Below the pieces are notes generated by a model. That model was not told the origin of the DNA, made no database searches, and saw only the letters and a list, made by a program, of their open reading frames with translations. A program made the position numbers and the translations under genes. From contig JAUUWG010000001.1 of assembly GCA_030589165.1 (NCBI GenBank), positions 1 through 59,778 of the forward strand: a stretch of DNA of 59,778 bases, in the 5' to 3' direction. Positions within the stretch are counted from its first letter, which is position 1; each line of letters starts with the position of its first letter. The DNA is from Desulfobacterales bacterium (GTDB taxonomy: Bacteria > Desulfobacterota > Desulfobacteria > Desulfobacterales > JAFDHS01). Shown here piece after piece: positions 28,155 to 38,739 of the stretch.

Positions 28155-30017
28155 ATGAACATGGAAGATATAGACCGCCTTGTTGACAGCGGGATTCTTT
28201 CCTTTCTGGATATTCATTTTGCAAGGTTTATGGTAGAGCTTGACGGGATGGAGAGTCTCCAGGTTTTTCTTGCGGCTGCTCTGACAAGCAGTCATACAAG
28301 GCAGGGCAGTGTCTGTCTTGATCTTTGTGAAAAAGGGGGGGATACGCTTGGGGGCGGTAAAGATAAAGACGAACCGGTTGTCTGCCCTGATCCGGAAGAC
28401 TGGATCGGGAGCCTTGAAAAAAGCTCTGTTGTGGGCAAGCCCGGTGAATTCAAGCCCTTGGTTTTAGATGACAGATCAAGACTCTACCTGTACCGTTACT
28501 GGGAATATCAGGAAAAACTGGCTGATTTTATAACGGAACGCGTCCGTGAGGATGACGAGGATACGGATCTTGTTCTGTTGAAAAAAGGGCTGGACCGTCT
28601 TTTCCCCGTCTCTTCGGGAAAGGATGTCGACTGGCAGAAAGTTGCGGCTTTCACCTCCATAGTCAAAAGATTCTGTGTAATTTCCGGAGGCCCCGGAACA
28701 GGTAAAACCGCTACGGTTGCAAAAATTTTAGCCCTGGCTTTGGAACAGGCCGGCCCCAAAAAGCTTAAAACAGCGCTGGCAGCCCCTACCGGCAAGGCAG
28801 CCGCCAGACTTCAGGAATCCATCAGGCTTGCAAAATCACAACTTGATTGCCCGGATATCATCAAGGATGCCATACCCGAGGAGGCATCAACCATACATCG
28901 CCTTTTAGGGGCGGTTTCAGGCTCTCCGTATTTCAGGCATAATGCCGAAAACAGGCTTTTTGTCGACCTGGTGGTCGTCGACGAGGCCTCCATGGTGGAT
29001 TTGGCCCTGATGTCCAAACTCGTTCAGGCGCTTCCGACTCAGGCACGGCTGATATTACTTGGAGACAAGGACCAGCTCGCTTCGGTGGAGGCCGGCGCCG
29101 TACTCGGTGATATCTGTGATGCAGGCAAGGCCCATGGTTTTTCCCGTTGCTTTTCCAGGACCCTTAAAGCGGTTACCGGATATGCGCTGGGTCAACAAAC
29201 GAATGAGAAAGACGCGCCGGGTATTTATGACGGTATTGTTCAGCTTCAAAAGAGTTATCGCTTTGTAGAAAAAAGCGGCATCCGTGCCCTCAGCCGGGCG
29301 GTAAATGCAGGGGACGGGGATGGGGCTTTAGATCTTATAAAAAGTGGAAAATACAGGGATATTCAATGGAGAGATCTTCCCCCGCGCCATGGGCTTGCTC
29401 AACGGGCTAAAAATGCCGTTGCACAGGGTTTCGGGGGGTATTTAAGGGCTATCGATGATCCCTTGGAAATTTTCCGGCTGTTCGATCGGTTTCGTATTTT
29501 GTGTGCCCTCAGAGAAGGTCCCTATGGCTCGGTTGCCGTAAATCTTCTCGTTGAACGAATTCTGAAACATGAAAAGCTCATAGACCCTCGAAAAAAGTGG
29601 TATCCGGGTCGTCCGGTGCTTGTTACGAGGAATGACTATAAGCTGCGGCTCTTTAACGGTGATGTGGGGGTGGTATTGCCGGATCGTGATTCCGGTCCGG
29701 GCAATGATCTTCGGGTTTTTTTCCCCTCGGCTGAGGGCATGGTAAGAAAGTTTCACCCCTTAAGGTTATCTGAATATGAAACCGTATATGCCGTGACGGT
29801 TCACAAAAGCCAGGGATCGGAGTTTGAAAAAGTGCTTTTGCTTTTGCCGGACACGGATTCCCCGGTGATGACAAGGGAACTGATATACACGGCGATTACA
29901 CGCGCCAAGGACAGTGTCGAAATCTGGGGAGATAAGAATGTTTTTCGCACTGCCGTTTCCCGGCGCATTGAACGAACGTCCGGCTTGCGGGATGCCTTGT
30001 GGGGTGCAGTAAAATAG
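28155..30017 (+). CDS. recD: Exodeoxyribonuclease V alpha subunit
   Basis: GGPGTGKT, APTGKAAARL, TIHRLLG, VDEASMVD, GDKDQLASV, TVHKSQGSEF, YTAITRA. Confidence 0.97.
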   Translation: MNMEDIDRLVDSGILSFLDIHFARFMVELDGMESLQVFLAAALTSSHTRQGSVCLDLCEKGGDTLGGGKDKDEPVVCPDPEDWIGSLEKSSVVGKPGEFKPLVLDDRSRLYLYRYWEYQEKLADFITERVREDDEDTDLVLLKKGLDRLFPVSSGKDVDWQKVAAFTSIVKRFCVISGGPGTGKTATVAKILALALEQAGPKKLKTALAAPTGKAAARLQESIRLAKSQLDCPDIIKDAIPEEASTIHRLLGAVSGSPYFRHNAENRLFVDLVVVDEASMVDLALMSKLVQALPTQARLILLGDKDQLASVEAGAVLGDICDAGKAHGFSRCFSRTLKAVTGYALGQQTNEKDAPGIYDGIVQLQKSYRFVEKSGIRALSRAVNAGDGDGALDLIKSGKYRDIQWRDLPPRHGLAQRAKNAVAQGFGGYLRAIDDPLEIFRLFDRFRILCALREGPYGSVAVNLLVERILKHEKLIDPRKKWYPGRPVLVTRNDYKLRLFNGDVGVVLPDRDSGPGNDLRVFFPSAEGMVRKFHPLRLSEYETVYAVTVHKSQGSEFEKVLLLLPDTDSPVMTRELIYTAITRAKDSVEIWGDKNVFRTAVSRRIERTSGLRDALWGAVK

Positions 30018-30077
30018 GCACTTTTCTATTCCGGTTTATCCGCGGGTTACGAATCTACAAAACAACAGGAGATAAGA

Positions 30078-31442
30078 ATGAATCGAATTAAAGCACTTTC
30101 GGTCCTTGACGGAAGGTATGCACGACTTACGGAAGAACTCCAGGATATATTTTCAGAATATGCGCTGATAAAATACAGGGTTTTTGTGGAGATTCAATGG
30201 CTCAAATTTCTGGCCGGGGAACTTGGGCTTGTTGAGGTTAAGGACTCGGATATGCCAAAGATAGATGCCATTGCCAAAGACTTTAATGCAGAGTCGGCCC
30301 TCATGGTCAAGGAGATAGAAAAAACAACCAACCATGATGTCAAAGCTGTTGAGTACTATATCAAGCGCAAACTTGCAGAGGCGGGTCTGGCATCCATCGG
30401 GGAATGGGTCCATTTTGCATGCACCTCGGAGGATATCAGTAATACGTCTTACGCACTGATGCTGAAAAAGGGCAGAGAGAAGATCGTTGACCATCTTTCA
30501 GAACTTCTTGAAAAAATTGAAGAAATCGGAAAGCGATATAAATCCCTTCCCATGATGTCGAGAACACACGGACAGCCCGCTAGTCCGACAACGGTAGGCA
30601 AGGAATTTATCAATTTTGCGTGGAGAATAAGAAGAGAACTTTCCAGTATTAAAAAATCGGATATCTGTGCAAAGATGAACGGCGCGACCGGCAATTTTAA
30701 TGCACATTATTTTGTATTTCCGCATATTGACTGGCTGGAGGCCGGCAGAAAGTTTGTTTCGGAATACCTTGGTGTGACACCTGTCTTATATACAACCCAG
30801 ATCAATCCCGGCAATTATATCGCCGAACTGCTTCAGGCGATGATCCGGACCGCTTCCACCATTATTGACCTGGACAGGGATATGTGGGGATATATTTCAA
30901 TCGGTTATTTTAAGCAGAAATTAAAGGCAGGTGAAGTCGGCTCTTCAACCATGCCCCACAAGGTAAACCCGATCGATTTTGAAAACGGTGAAGGCAATAT
31001 GGGAATTGCGATTTCCGTGATGGAGCATCTTTCCGTAAAGCTTCTGAATTCAAGATTCCAGAGAGACTTGTCAGACAGTACGGTACTCAGAAATATAGGG
31101 GCGCTTTTCGGCTATTTTCTGATCGGGGTAAAAAACACGTTAAAAGGCTTGAATAAGCTTGATCTTGATCAGGAAATGCTTGAAAAAGACATCGAACAGA
31201 ATCCCGAACTGCTTGCAGAGCCCATACAGACGGCGATGAGGGTCTTTCAGGAAGAGAATCCCTATGAAAAATTAAAAGAACTTACACGCGGCAAAAAGAT
31301 TACCAGAGAGACATTGGATACCTTTATCGACGGCCTTGAAAAAGTGCCTTCCGATTTTAAAAAAAGGATGAAAGAGTTGACCGTGGATAAGTATGTCGGA
31401 CTTGCGGAAAAACTTGTGGACAGGTATTTTTCCGAAATATAA
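30078..31442 (+). CDS. purB: Adenylosuccinate lyase
   Basis: LDGRY, TNHDVKAVEY, RTHGQPA, GSSTMPHKVNPIDFEN, RFQRDLSDSTV. Confidence 0.96.
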   Translation: MNRIKALSVLDGRYARLTEELQDIFSEYALIKYRVFVEIQWLKFLAGELGLVEVKDSDMPKIDAIAKDFNAESALMVKEIEKTTNHDVKAVEYYIKRKLAEAGLASIGEWVHFACTSEDISNTSYALMLKKGREKIVDHLSELLEKIEEIGKRYKSLPMMSRTHGQPASPTTVGKEFINFAWRIRRELSSIKKSDICAKMNGATGNFNAHYFVFPHIDWLEAGRKFVSEYLGVTPVLYTTQINPGNYIAELLQAMIRTASTIIDLDRDMWGYISIGYFKQKLKAGEVGSSTMPHKVNPIDFENGEGNMGIAISVMEHLSVKLLNSRFQRDLSDSTVLRNIGALFGYFLIGVKNTLKGLNKLDLDQEMLEKDIEQNPELLAEPIQTAMRVFQEENPYEKLKELTRGKKITRETLDTFIDGLEKVPSDFKKRMKELTVDKYVGLAEKLVDRYFSEI

Positions 31443-31450
31443 GGAGCATT

Positions 31451-33304
31451 ATGCAACTTTCAGCCCCACAAAAAGATGCTGTGGAACACATCGGATCGCC
31501 CGCTCTCGTTGTTGCCGGTGCGGGTTCCGGAAAAACACGGACCTTGACCGCTAAAATATCGCATCTCGTATCAAACGGTTATGATCCTGAACGTATTCTT
31601 GCCATTACGTTCACCAATAAAGCCGCAGAAGAGATGAAAAGACGTCTTGTTCATTTAACAGGCATGCCGATTAACAGGTTTCCATGGGTCCGGACGTATC
31701 ACAGCGCATGTTTCAAGATCCTGAAAGAGCATTGCAGCCTCTTGGGATACAAGATACCGCTTCAGATATATGCGACTTACCAGCAGCAAAAGACAATCAA
31801 GGAGATTCTTATGCGGCTGAATTTTGACAAAAAGGATGTGCCGGCTGTTTTATCGCATATTTCAAAAGCAAAAAACTCCGGAGATCCCGGAAAATATTTT
31901 GACCATAAAGCCCGTGTTTCACATATTCGCCTGTCCGATGTGTTTGATATTTACGAAAAAGAGCTGTTTTCAAAAAATGCCGTTGATTTTGACAATATTC
32001 TTTTAAAAACCCGAGACTTGCTTCGAGAGCACAAAGACCTTGGAAAGGATTACCAAGATTTTTTTCAGTATATCCTTGTGGATGAATACCAGGATTCCAA
32101 TAATCTCCAGGAAGAACTGACACGCTTGCTCCTTGGTGACGGCGGCAATCTTTTCTGCGTGGGGGACGACTGGCAGGCTGTTTACGGATTCCGGGGGAGC
32201 AACATAAACCATTTTTTGACCTTTTCGGAAAAGTACAGTGGTTCCCGGATCTTCCGTCTGGAACAGAATTATCGTTCCGCGGACGAAATTGTTCGGGTTG
32301 CAAACGATTTGATCGCATACAATGAGGACAAGATGGAGAAGGAATGCTTCTCCGAAAAACACGGCGGGGTGGTGGAACTCTATAACTTTTATGATGAAAC
32401 CGAGGAAGCCCAATGGGTTGCTCAAAAGATTAAATCATTACGGCAATCCGGTATCTCCTTAGACAAGATGGCGGTCTTATACCGGACAAAGTTCTGTTCA
32501 CTGGCGTTTGAAAAAGCCTTCCGGGCATCCAATATCAAATATCAGATGATGGGCTCCAAGGGGTTCTTTGAGCGCAAAGAGATCCTTGACATCAACTGCT
32601 ATCTTACGGCTGCCGTCTTTCCCAAAGACGATGTGGCTTTTGATCGTATCATCAATATTCCGAAAAGGGGGATCGGTCCGGCAATGATCAAAAAGATCGG
32701 CCAGGTCCGGACAGGCGATATGAGCCTTACGGATGCGGCGCGCAAGGTGCTGGCTGAAAGAATCCTGACGCCAAAGGTGCACAAATCTCTTACCTTGTTG
32801 ATTGAACTGCTTGACGACATTAAAAGTTACGCGCCTGACCATGCCATTCGTGAAATTTTAAAGCAGTGCAACTATCCGGAATATCTCAGGCAGTATTCAA
32901 AGACCGAATCCGATTACGTCTCCAGGCGGGAAAATATCGACCAGCTCATCTATTCAGCATCACAGAAAAAGACAATCATTGAATACCTCGAAGAAGCGGC
33001 TTTGATCAAGGAGGATAAGGAAGATGAAGAAGATGAAGACAACTTCGGGGTAAACCTTTCCACGATACATGCCAGTAAGGGTTTGGAATACCTCGTGGTC
33101 TTTATCACCGGATGTGAAGAACAACTCTTTCCGCATTGGAAATCAATAAATTCCGATAAGGCAATTCAGGAAGAACGAAGACTCATGTATGTGGGGTTGA
33201 CACGGGCCGAGCGCTATCTGTTTTTGACGTGTTCGGAATTTAGAAAGGGCCAGTACAATAAAAGAAGCCGGTTCGTGGAAGAGATTGCAGGAACACTGGA
33301 CTGA
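31451..33304 (+). CDS. UvrD/PcrA/Rep-family SF1A DNA helicase
   Basis: AGAGSGKT, TFTNKAA, VDEYQD, GDDWQAVY, LEQNYRS, TIHASKGLEY, EERRLMYV. Confidence 0.93.
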   Translation: MQLSAPQKDAVEHIGSPALVVAGAGSGKTRTLTAKISHLVSNGYDPERILAITFTNKAAEEMKRRLVHLTGMPINRFPWVRTYHSACFKILKEHCSLLGYKIPLQIYATYQQQKTIKEILMRLNFDKKDVPAVLSHISKAKNSGDPGKYFDHKARVSHIRLSDVFDIYEKELFSKNAVDFDNILLKTRDLLREHKDLGKDYQDFFQYILVDEYQDSNNLQEELTRLLLGDGGNLFCVGDDWQAVYGFRGSNINHFLTFSEKYSGSRIFRLEQNYRSADEIVRVANDLIAYNEDKMEKECFSEKHGGVVELYNFYDETEEAQWVAQKIKSLRQSGISLDKMAVLYRTKFCSLAFEKAFRASNIKYQMMGSKGFFERKEILDINCYLTAAVFPKDDVAFDRIINIPKRGIGPAMIKKIGQVRTGDMSLTDAARKVLAERILTPKVHKSLTLLIELLDDIKSYAPDHAIREILKQCNYPEYLRQYSKTESDYVSRRENIDQLIYSASQKKTIIEYLEEAALIKEDKEDEEDEDNFGVNLSTIHASKGLEYLVVFITGCEEQLFPHWKSINSDKAIQEERRLMYVGLTRAERYLFLTCSEFRKGQYNKRSRFVEEIAGTLD

Positions 33305-33322
33305 CCAGGAGGGTGTTTAATT

Positions 33323-33973
33323 ATGGGAAACAAACGATCTGACGAGATTTCACCGGTAATGGCATCATACGAAGGGGTAATCCGAACTCCTCCGGATTAC
33401 TGGGATAAACTTAAAAACATGGACCCCCACGATGTCTGTAAACGTTCCCTTGCCCGGATTCATCCTTCAGGGGGATTTGTTCTTGGTTTTTTTCAGAAAG
33501 ATATCCGCGTTGATGTTGCGAATCGATGTATCAGGGAGTTAAAGCAGGACAAATGGGAAAAAATGGACATTCTGCTTCTGGATCTGCTCATCTTGGTTTA
33601 TCTTCTGAATGTGAGTTCCCGTTCCCTTGCCGATGATATGATAAGCGTCCAGGAACTTAAAGACGCGAGTTTTTTTCGTGGGCCCCATGAACTTAAAACA
33701 ACACCCCTTATAGTGCGTTACGGGAATGATTTTCCAGGGTTCAAAAGGGCCGCTGAGGATCTGGACGGAGAACGCCTTGACCTGGCGGACATCGCGTACA
33801 GGTTTTTGCCTTTTCCAAAAATCCCATTGTACTACCTGATGTGGGGAGGAGATGAAGAATTCGGTCCCAATCTTTCCATACTCTTTGATCGTTGCATTGA
33901 GAGCCATCTTTCGGCGGATGCGATCTGGGGGCTTGTTAATTTTACATCGGACCTTCTGCTGATGCATCCATAG
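33323..33973 (+). CDS. DUF3786-like protein
   Basis: FFRGPH, FLPFPKIPLYYLMWGGDEEF, ILFD, ADAIWGL. Confidence 0.75.
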   Translation: MGNKRSDEISPVMASYEGVIRTPPDYWDKLKNMDPHDVCKRSLARIHPSGGFVLGFFQKDIRVDVANRCIRELKQDKWEKMDILLLDLLILVYLLNVSSRSLADDMISVQELKDASFFRGPHELKTTPLIVRYGNDFPGFKRAAEDLDGERLDLADIAYRFLPFPKIPLYYLMWGGDEEFGPNLSILFDRCIESHLSADAIWGLVNFTSDLLLMHP

Positions 33974-33978
33974 GATGG

Positions 33979-34024
33979 AAATCCCCCCTTGGCCCCTTTT
34001 CCTAAAGGGGATTCGGGGGGATTT
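33979..34024. repeat. GC-rich REP-like hairpin between convergent genes
   Basis: AAATCCCCCC...CCCCTTT-TCCT-AAAGGGG...GGGGGGATTT. Confidence 0.6.
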
Positions 34025-34039
34025 TCATTTTTATCAGTT

Positions 34040-35158
34040 CTACCGTGGTGCCCGATACCCCCCCTGAATGCCTTCGGGCGAGAGAACGATCTGCCATACC
34101 TGGTTCACCCTTGCGCGAAAGGTTCCGGCGCATACCAGCAGATAATACGTCCACATCCGGTAGAATCGTTCATCGTAGTTTTTCTTGATCTTATCCCAAT
34201 TCTCATGAAAATTTTTAAACCAGCTCATCAGGGTCTTATCATAATCGGCACCGAAATTATGCCAGTCTTCGAGAACGAAAAAATTTTCAGCGGCATCGCA
34301 TATCTGTTTTTTGGACGGCAGGATGGAATTGGGAAAGATGTAACGCTCGATCCAGGGATCGGTCTTGGAAACGGAGACATTGATACCGATGGTATGTAGA
34401 AGGAAAATTCCGTCTTTTTTCAAATAGCTGCGAACACAGCGCATAAAGGTCTCATAATTTTTGTAACCAACGTGTTCAAACATACCGATGGAAAGAATAC
34501 GGTCAAAGTCTCCCTTGATGCTTCGGTAATCCTGCAAACGGATGTCAACCGGAAGCCCCTGGCAAAGTTCTTGTCCGAACCTTGCCTGTTCTTTAGAAAT
34601 GGTTACGCCGACGATGTCGACATCGTAACGTTTAGCGATAAATCTGGCAGTTGCGCCCCAGCCGCAACCGATGTCCAGAACGCGCATCCCCGGCTTCAAG
34701 TCCAGCTTTCGGCATATCAGTTCCAGTTTGGCTTTCTGGGCCTCGTCCAGGGTAGATGCGTTTTTCCAGTAGCCGCAGCTGTAAACCAAGCGTTTGCCGA
34801 GCATGTTCTGATAAAGATTGTTGCCGATATCATAGTGCCGCTGCCCGACTTCAAAAGAGCGGGACGGTTTCTGGAGATTGAACAGCCTGGCTTTTAGAAA
34901 CCCGAAAAATTGCCTCCATGGTTTGACTTTTTCATCCAGTCTGGCTCGAAAAATTCTGTGAAAGAATTCGTCAGGCCTCTCACAGTCCCACCAGCCGTCC
35001 ATGTAAGATTCTCCAAATCCCAGCGAACCTTCGGCAAACAATCTTACATAAAGTTTATCGTTATGGACCTGAAGATCCCAGGGCCGGTCTCCGCTGATTT
35101 TAATATCGGCAAGGGACAAGAGTCGTTCTGTTTTGTGACGGAAATTATCTTGATGCAT
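34040..35158 (-). CDS. cfa: Cyclopropane-fatty-acyl-phospholipid synthase
   Basis: GESYMDGWW, HYDIGN, YSCGYW, LDIGCGWG, SIGMFEHVG, RMWTYYL. Confidence 0.95.
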   Translation of the reverse strand: MHQDNFRHKTERLLSLADIKISGDRPWDLQVHNDKLYVRLFAEGSLGFGESYMDGWWDCERPDEFFHRIFRARLDEKVKPWRQFFGFLKARLFNLQKPSRSFEVGQRHYDIGNNLYQNMLGKRLVYSCGYWKNASTLDEAQKAKLELICRKLDLKPGMRVLDIGCGWGATARFIAKRYDVDIVGVTISKEQARFGQELCQGLPVDIRLQDYRSIKGDFDRILSIGMFEHVGYKNYETFMRCVRSYLKKDGIFLLHTIGINVSVSKTDPWIERYIFPNSILPSKKQICDAAENFFVLEDWHNFGADYDKTLMSWFKNFHENWDKIKKNYDERFYRMWTYYLLVCAGTFRARVNQVWQIVLSPEGIQGGYRAPR

Positions 35159-35217
35159 ATTCCCTCCCTTTGCTTGATTATTATGCTCTTTTGGGTGGTG
35201 CAGTGCAGCCGTTTGAA

Positions 35218-35247
35218 TAAAAAAGCAGAGCCGTTGCCGGCTCCGCC
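35218..35247 (-). terminator. Intrinsic terminator after the Tad-associated operon
   Basis: Minus strand GCGGAGCCG-GCAA-CGGCTCTGC followed by a T-run. Confidence 0.7.
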
Positions 35248-35288
35248 GTGAAACGGTATGGCATGATAATTATCCGGAACCTTTGTGT

Positions 35289-35846
35289 TTAATTGTCTCT
35301 CAACAAGATAGTCTGTGTTTTTAAATTCATGGGTATGCCCACATCACAAGAGGAGATTACCGTGCCGTCCAAGGGGTTTACAATACGGGAAGATACGTAT
35401 AATCTTTTGTTCCCCTGTCCATAGGTCCCTACGATAACGGCGGAGGCATTATGCTTCTTGATGACTTCACGCAGGTCCCGGCTGAGCAAAAATTCCCCCT
35501 TTCCCTTGTCCATAAAAACTGAATTTTGTCTTAATTTCATCTCGATAATTTTATAGCCCTTTTGAGCAAAGCGGGATGAAACCTGTTCCGCAACGATGCG
35601 CCCAAAAGTCGATGAATCCTCCAGGTCGTTAATATTTACAAAACTGGCAACGATTAGCGGATCATCCGGAGTAATTTCGTATTTTAGATTGTTTTCCAAA
35701 GTGTCGGCTATCTGATAACTGGCGGCCACAAGGCCTCCATCCGGAACAGCCTTGCCGGAATTTTGCAACGGCCGCGAACATGCCGCTATCGATACGACAA
35801 TACTTAAAGCAAATATAAGAACCAAGATACGCCTGGTCATCGTCAT
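35289..35846 (-). CDS. FlgO-domain outer-membrane lipoprotein
   Basis: Lipobox IAAC; VASFVNINDL..SSTFGR, GEFLLSRD, AVIVGTY. Confidence 0.8.
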   Translation of the reverse strand: MTMTRRILVLIFALSIVVSIAACSRPLQNSGKAVPDGGLVAASYQIADTLENNLKYEITPDDPLIVASFVNINDLEDSSTFGRIVAEQVSSRFAQKGYKIIEMKLRQNSVFMDKGKGEFLLSRDLREVIKKHNASAVIVGTYGQGNKRLYVSSRIVNPLDGTVISSCDVGIPMNLKTQTILLRDN

Positions 35847-35856
35847 TCTCCTTTAC

Positions 35857-36573
35857 CTATTTATTAACAACGGTATAATTTACCGGTACCAAATCCGCTC
35901 CGGCCCGGTAATGCCGACGGTCTTCATCATTGATATAGTAGAGATCGGAACGGCGCACTAAAACAGAGTCATTCTTTTTGGCCGAGCAGGTAATAATGAT
36001 TTCCTCATGAGGCAGACTCCCCCATTCGGTTCCACCTAAAAAGGTTGCCATTACCAGGCCGCCGACGGCTTGCAGCAGGCTCGTCTGGTTGGTTCGTTTT
36101 GCCTGATGTTTAACTTCCTGAACCTTCCACTTGATTTTGACGTCGCTCTTTTCGTTAGAGGAGACCGACAGCCCATGATTTATTAACTCGGTGACAAGCA
36201 AGGTGCGAAAAGTCTTTCCGAAGACGGATTGGTCAGATGTTTGAACGTAAACCGGTTTTATGCCGATACCAAACAGGTCCTGGATCGTGTCCATAGACCC
36301 TTGAGTTGAGGTGGTCCCCTCGTTACCGGCTGGGGCTGTTTCGTGGCCGAAGTTTTCGAGATTTCCTGACTGCAGATCCGCTAATCCTGATAGCGCCTGA
36401 TTTTTCAACTCTGTCTTTACCTGCATTGCAAGACTTTTGGCCAGTTGCTTCCAATGATAAGAAGCCTGCATCTTCTGTTGATATGTGAAAGGGTAAGTGC
36501 TCTGTTTTGGTGCTTGAGCACAGGCGGATAAAAAAAACAACACGGATAAGACCAGGATTGTGCGCATACTCAC
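35857..36573 (-). CDS. Lipoprotein of unknown function
   Basis: Lipobox LSAC; QQKMQASYHW motif; co-oriented with the Tad locus. Confidence 0.75.
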   Translation of the reverse strand: MSMRTILVLSVLFFLSACAQAPKQSTYPFTYQQKMQASYHWKQLAKSLAMQVKTELKNQALSGLADLQSGNLENFGHETAPAGNEGTTSTQGSMDTIQDLFGIGIKPVYVQTSDQSVFGKTFRTLLVTELINHGLSVSSNEKSDVKIKWKVQEVKHQAKRTNQTSLLQAVGGLVMATFLGGTEWGSLPHEEIIITCSAKKNDSVLVRRSDLYYINDEDRRHYRAGADLVPVNYTVVNK

Positions 36574-36616
36574 TCCTCCTATATGTTAATTTTTTAATTC
36601 AATTCATACTACGATC

Positions 36617-37702
36617 CTAACCGGCGGTGAATCGCTTATTAAACGGAATCATATCCCTGCCGATCAGCACCCTGATTTTGGTATTCGGCTGTCCAAGGTT
36701 TATGACTTTTTCCATGTCCTGATATCCGGGTATCTCTTTGGCTATATGATAGGCGTCATGGAGATAACCGCTGCAGTAATAGATTTTTGTTTTTGCATGG
36801 TTAAAATGATCTGCATTGTTTAGACATGTCTTGTTTTTAAATCCTTTTTTTCTTAAATAATTGTCTACTCTTTTTGCCATGCGGCGAACGCCGTTTCCGT
36901 TTGAAATTTCAATCTCCACGGATTCTTTATTCGTTTGTTCATCTTCAGGTTGAGGCATCCGGGTAATAGCTTCAGGTAGCTTCAAACTGTTTTTTGTCTT
37001 GCCAAGGGAAGGATTAATGGCCAAGGCTTTGACAAAGTGGGTTTTCGCCTGCTGATTCAGACCTTTTTGATAAAAAATTTGCGCCAGGTTATAGTGTGCT
37101 TTTGCCTCATCCCCGGCCCGCTTAAATTCAGCCAGGGCCTGATCAAATCGGCCTTTTTTTGCATAAGCCAGTCCAAGGTTGTTGTGATATCGTCTGCTTT
37201 TGTCATTCAGGGCAACCGCCTTGGAAAATGCGTCAATGGCGAAATCGATCTCTCCCTGAAGGAGGTGGGAATATCCCAGGTTGTTATGAACATAAGCCAG
37301 ATCCGGATTCAATTTAAGAGCCGCTTCATAAAACCTTACAGCCCTGGAATAATCTCCCAGCAGATCGCAGGAGACACCTATTCCGTTATAGGCCTTTACA
37401 TGGTCGGGATCGATGAGAACAACCTTTAAAAACTCTTCTACGGCTCTTTCATGTTTCTTTCTTTTCTGAAAATGGCACGCCAGCCGGTAGTGCGAATCCG
37501 GATTTCCCCGGTAAGGCCTGATGCCGGAAATAAATCGTTTCATTTCCTTTTTTGTAAAGCTGTTGGGATTTTTCCCGTGATTCAGAAAAGGGACCCAGCC
37601 ATACAAATTTTTCAATGAAGAACAACCCGTGAGACAAAAGAGAAGAAGGGTTCCTGAAAAAATCAGCAGGATTGCTTTGTTGATTTTACCGTTTTTATTC
37701 AT
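36617..37702 (-). CDS. TPR lipoprotein with C-terminal LytR_C-like domain
   Basis: Lipobox LTGC; NNLG TPR repeats; IEISNGNGVRRMA...VLIGRD. Confidence 0.82.
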   Translation of the reverse strand: MNKNGKINKAILLIFSGTLLLFCLTGCSSLKNLYGWVPFLNHGKNPNSFTKKEMKRFISGIRPYRGNPDSHYRLACHFQKRKKHERAVEEFLKVVLIDPDHVKAYNGIGVSCDLLGDYSRAVRFYEAALKLNPDLAYVHNNLGYSHLLQGEIDFAIDAFSKAVALNDKSRRYHNNLGLAYAKKGRFDQALAEFKRAGDEAKAHYNLAQIFYQKGLNQQAKTHFVKALAINPSLGKTKNSLKLPEAITRMPQPEDEQTNKESVEIEISNGNGVRRMAKRVDNYLRKKGFKNKTCLNNADHFNHAKTKIYYCSGYLHDAYHIAKEIPGYQDMEKVINLGQPNTKIRVLIGRDMIPFNKRFTAG

Positions 37703-37722
37703 TGTTTCACCTTGTTTACAGG

Positions 37723-38700
37723 CTATAATTCTCTTTTGGCTATCCGTCTTTCCTTACCGGTATATTCATCCGCACCGATGTCGATACGCTTGCGCTGCGG
37801 TCTTGAATCTCCGTCAATATCCCTGTCAGGCGCTCCTTTTGATGTGGCTGCATTTATGCAGGGGGATTTTTTTGTCAGATGGTAGTAATCTCCGGCTCCG
37901 ATAAACAGAGGATCGGTATCGATATTGCCTGTTCCGCTGTATCCTCCCTGAACAAGCGAGTAGCTGATTTTTGGAGAATCCTTGCACAAGAGATCCCTGG
38001 AGACCTCGTTCGGCGTATTTCCCCAGAGAATGGAATTGGTGATCACGGGAGCGGGTTTGTATCGGTAATAGATTCCGCCCCCATCCATCGCTATATTTTT
38101 GGTAATTGTGCAGTTGGTTACGGTTGCGCCTGAGTTATAGAAATAAATTCCGCCGGCCCGGTAGTTGGAGCTGTTTTCCATGATGATGCAGTTGATCAGG
38201 GTCGGAGAACTGCCGCAGCCAAAGTAGATCCCTCCGCCCTGGCTGTTGTTGCTGTTGCCGGCAACGGTATTATTTCTGATAATGCAGTTGGTGATTGTTG
38301 GAGAGCTGTTGCTGCAGTAGATCCCGCCGCCGTAGTCGATGGCCCGCCCTTTGATGACGGTGAATCCGGAAACCACGGAATTTTTGAGTTCACCCTTGTG
38401 AAAATAGAACCCCCGTCCGTCATCTTCACAATCGATAATGCAATTGTCCGGGCCGTTTTCCGACTGAAGCGTCAGTTCCTTGCCATTAAAATCTATATTT
38501 TTGTTCCCCTCGCCGGCGTAAGTACCGTCGGCAACGAGGACCGTATCACCCTTGGATGCTGCATCGACTGCTTTCTGGATGGTTTTGTAGTCGCCCGGGA
38601 CCTGGATTACGTCTCCAAAGGCGGTGGTGGAGCATAAGATCAGCGATAGTGCAAAAACACAAAAGATGTATCCTTTGATACTGCTTTGATTCCTTTTCAT
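37723..38700 (-). CDS. Secreted right-handed parallel beta-helix protein
   Basis: Signal peptide; VPGDYKTIQKAVD, GGGIYC repeats, SPCINA...DIGADEY tail. Confidence 0.82.
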   Translation of the reverse strand: MKRNQSSIKGYIFCVFALSLILCSTTAFGDVIQVPGDYKTIQKAVDAASKGDTVLVADGTYAGEGNKNIDFNGKELTLQSENGPDNCIIDCEDDGRGFYFHKGELKNSVVSGFTVIKGRAIDYGGGIYCSNSSPTITNCIIRNNTVAGNSNNSQGGGIYFGCGSSPTLINCIIMENSSNYRAGGIYFYNSGATVTNCTITKNIAMDGGGIYYRYKPAPVITNSILWGNTPNEVSRDLLCKDSPKISYSLVQGGYSGTGNIDTDPLFIGAGDYYHLTKKSPCINAATSKGAPDRDIDGDSRPQRKRIDIGADEYTGKERRIAKREL

Positions 38701-38739
38701 AATTCTTTCTCTCCTTACACCAGTTTTTATGCTTTTATC

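Noticed and set aside
20843..33304. recCBD-purB-uvrD as a defence island
   Set aside because: Ordinary housekeeping repair and purine genes with intact motifs
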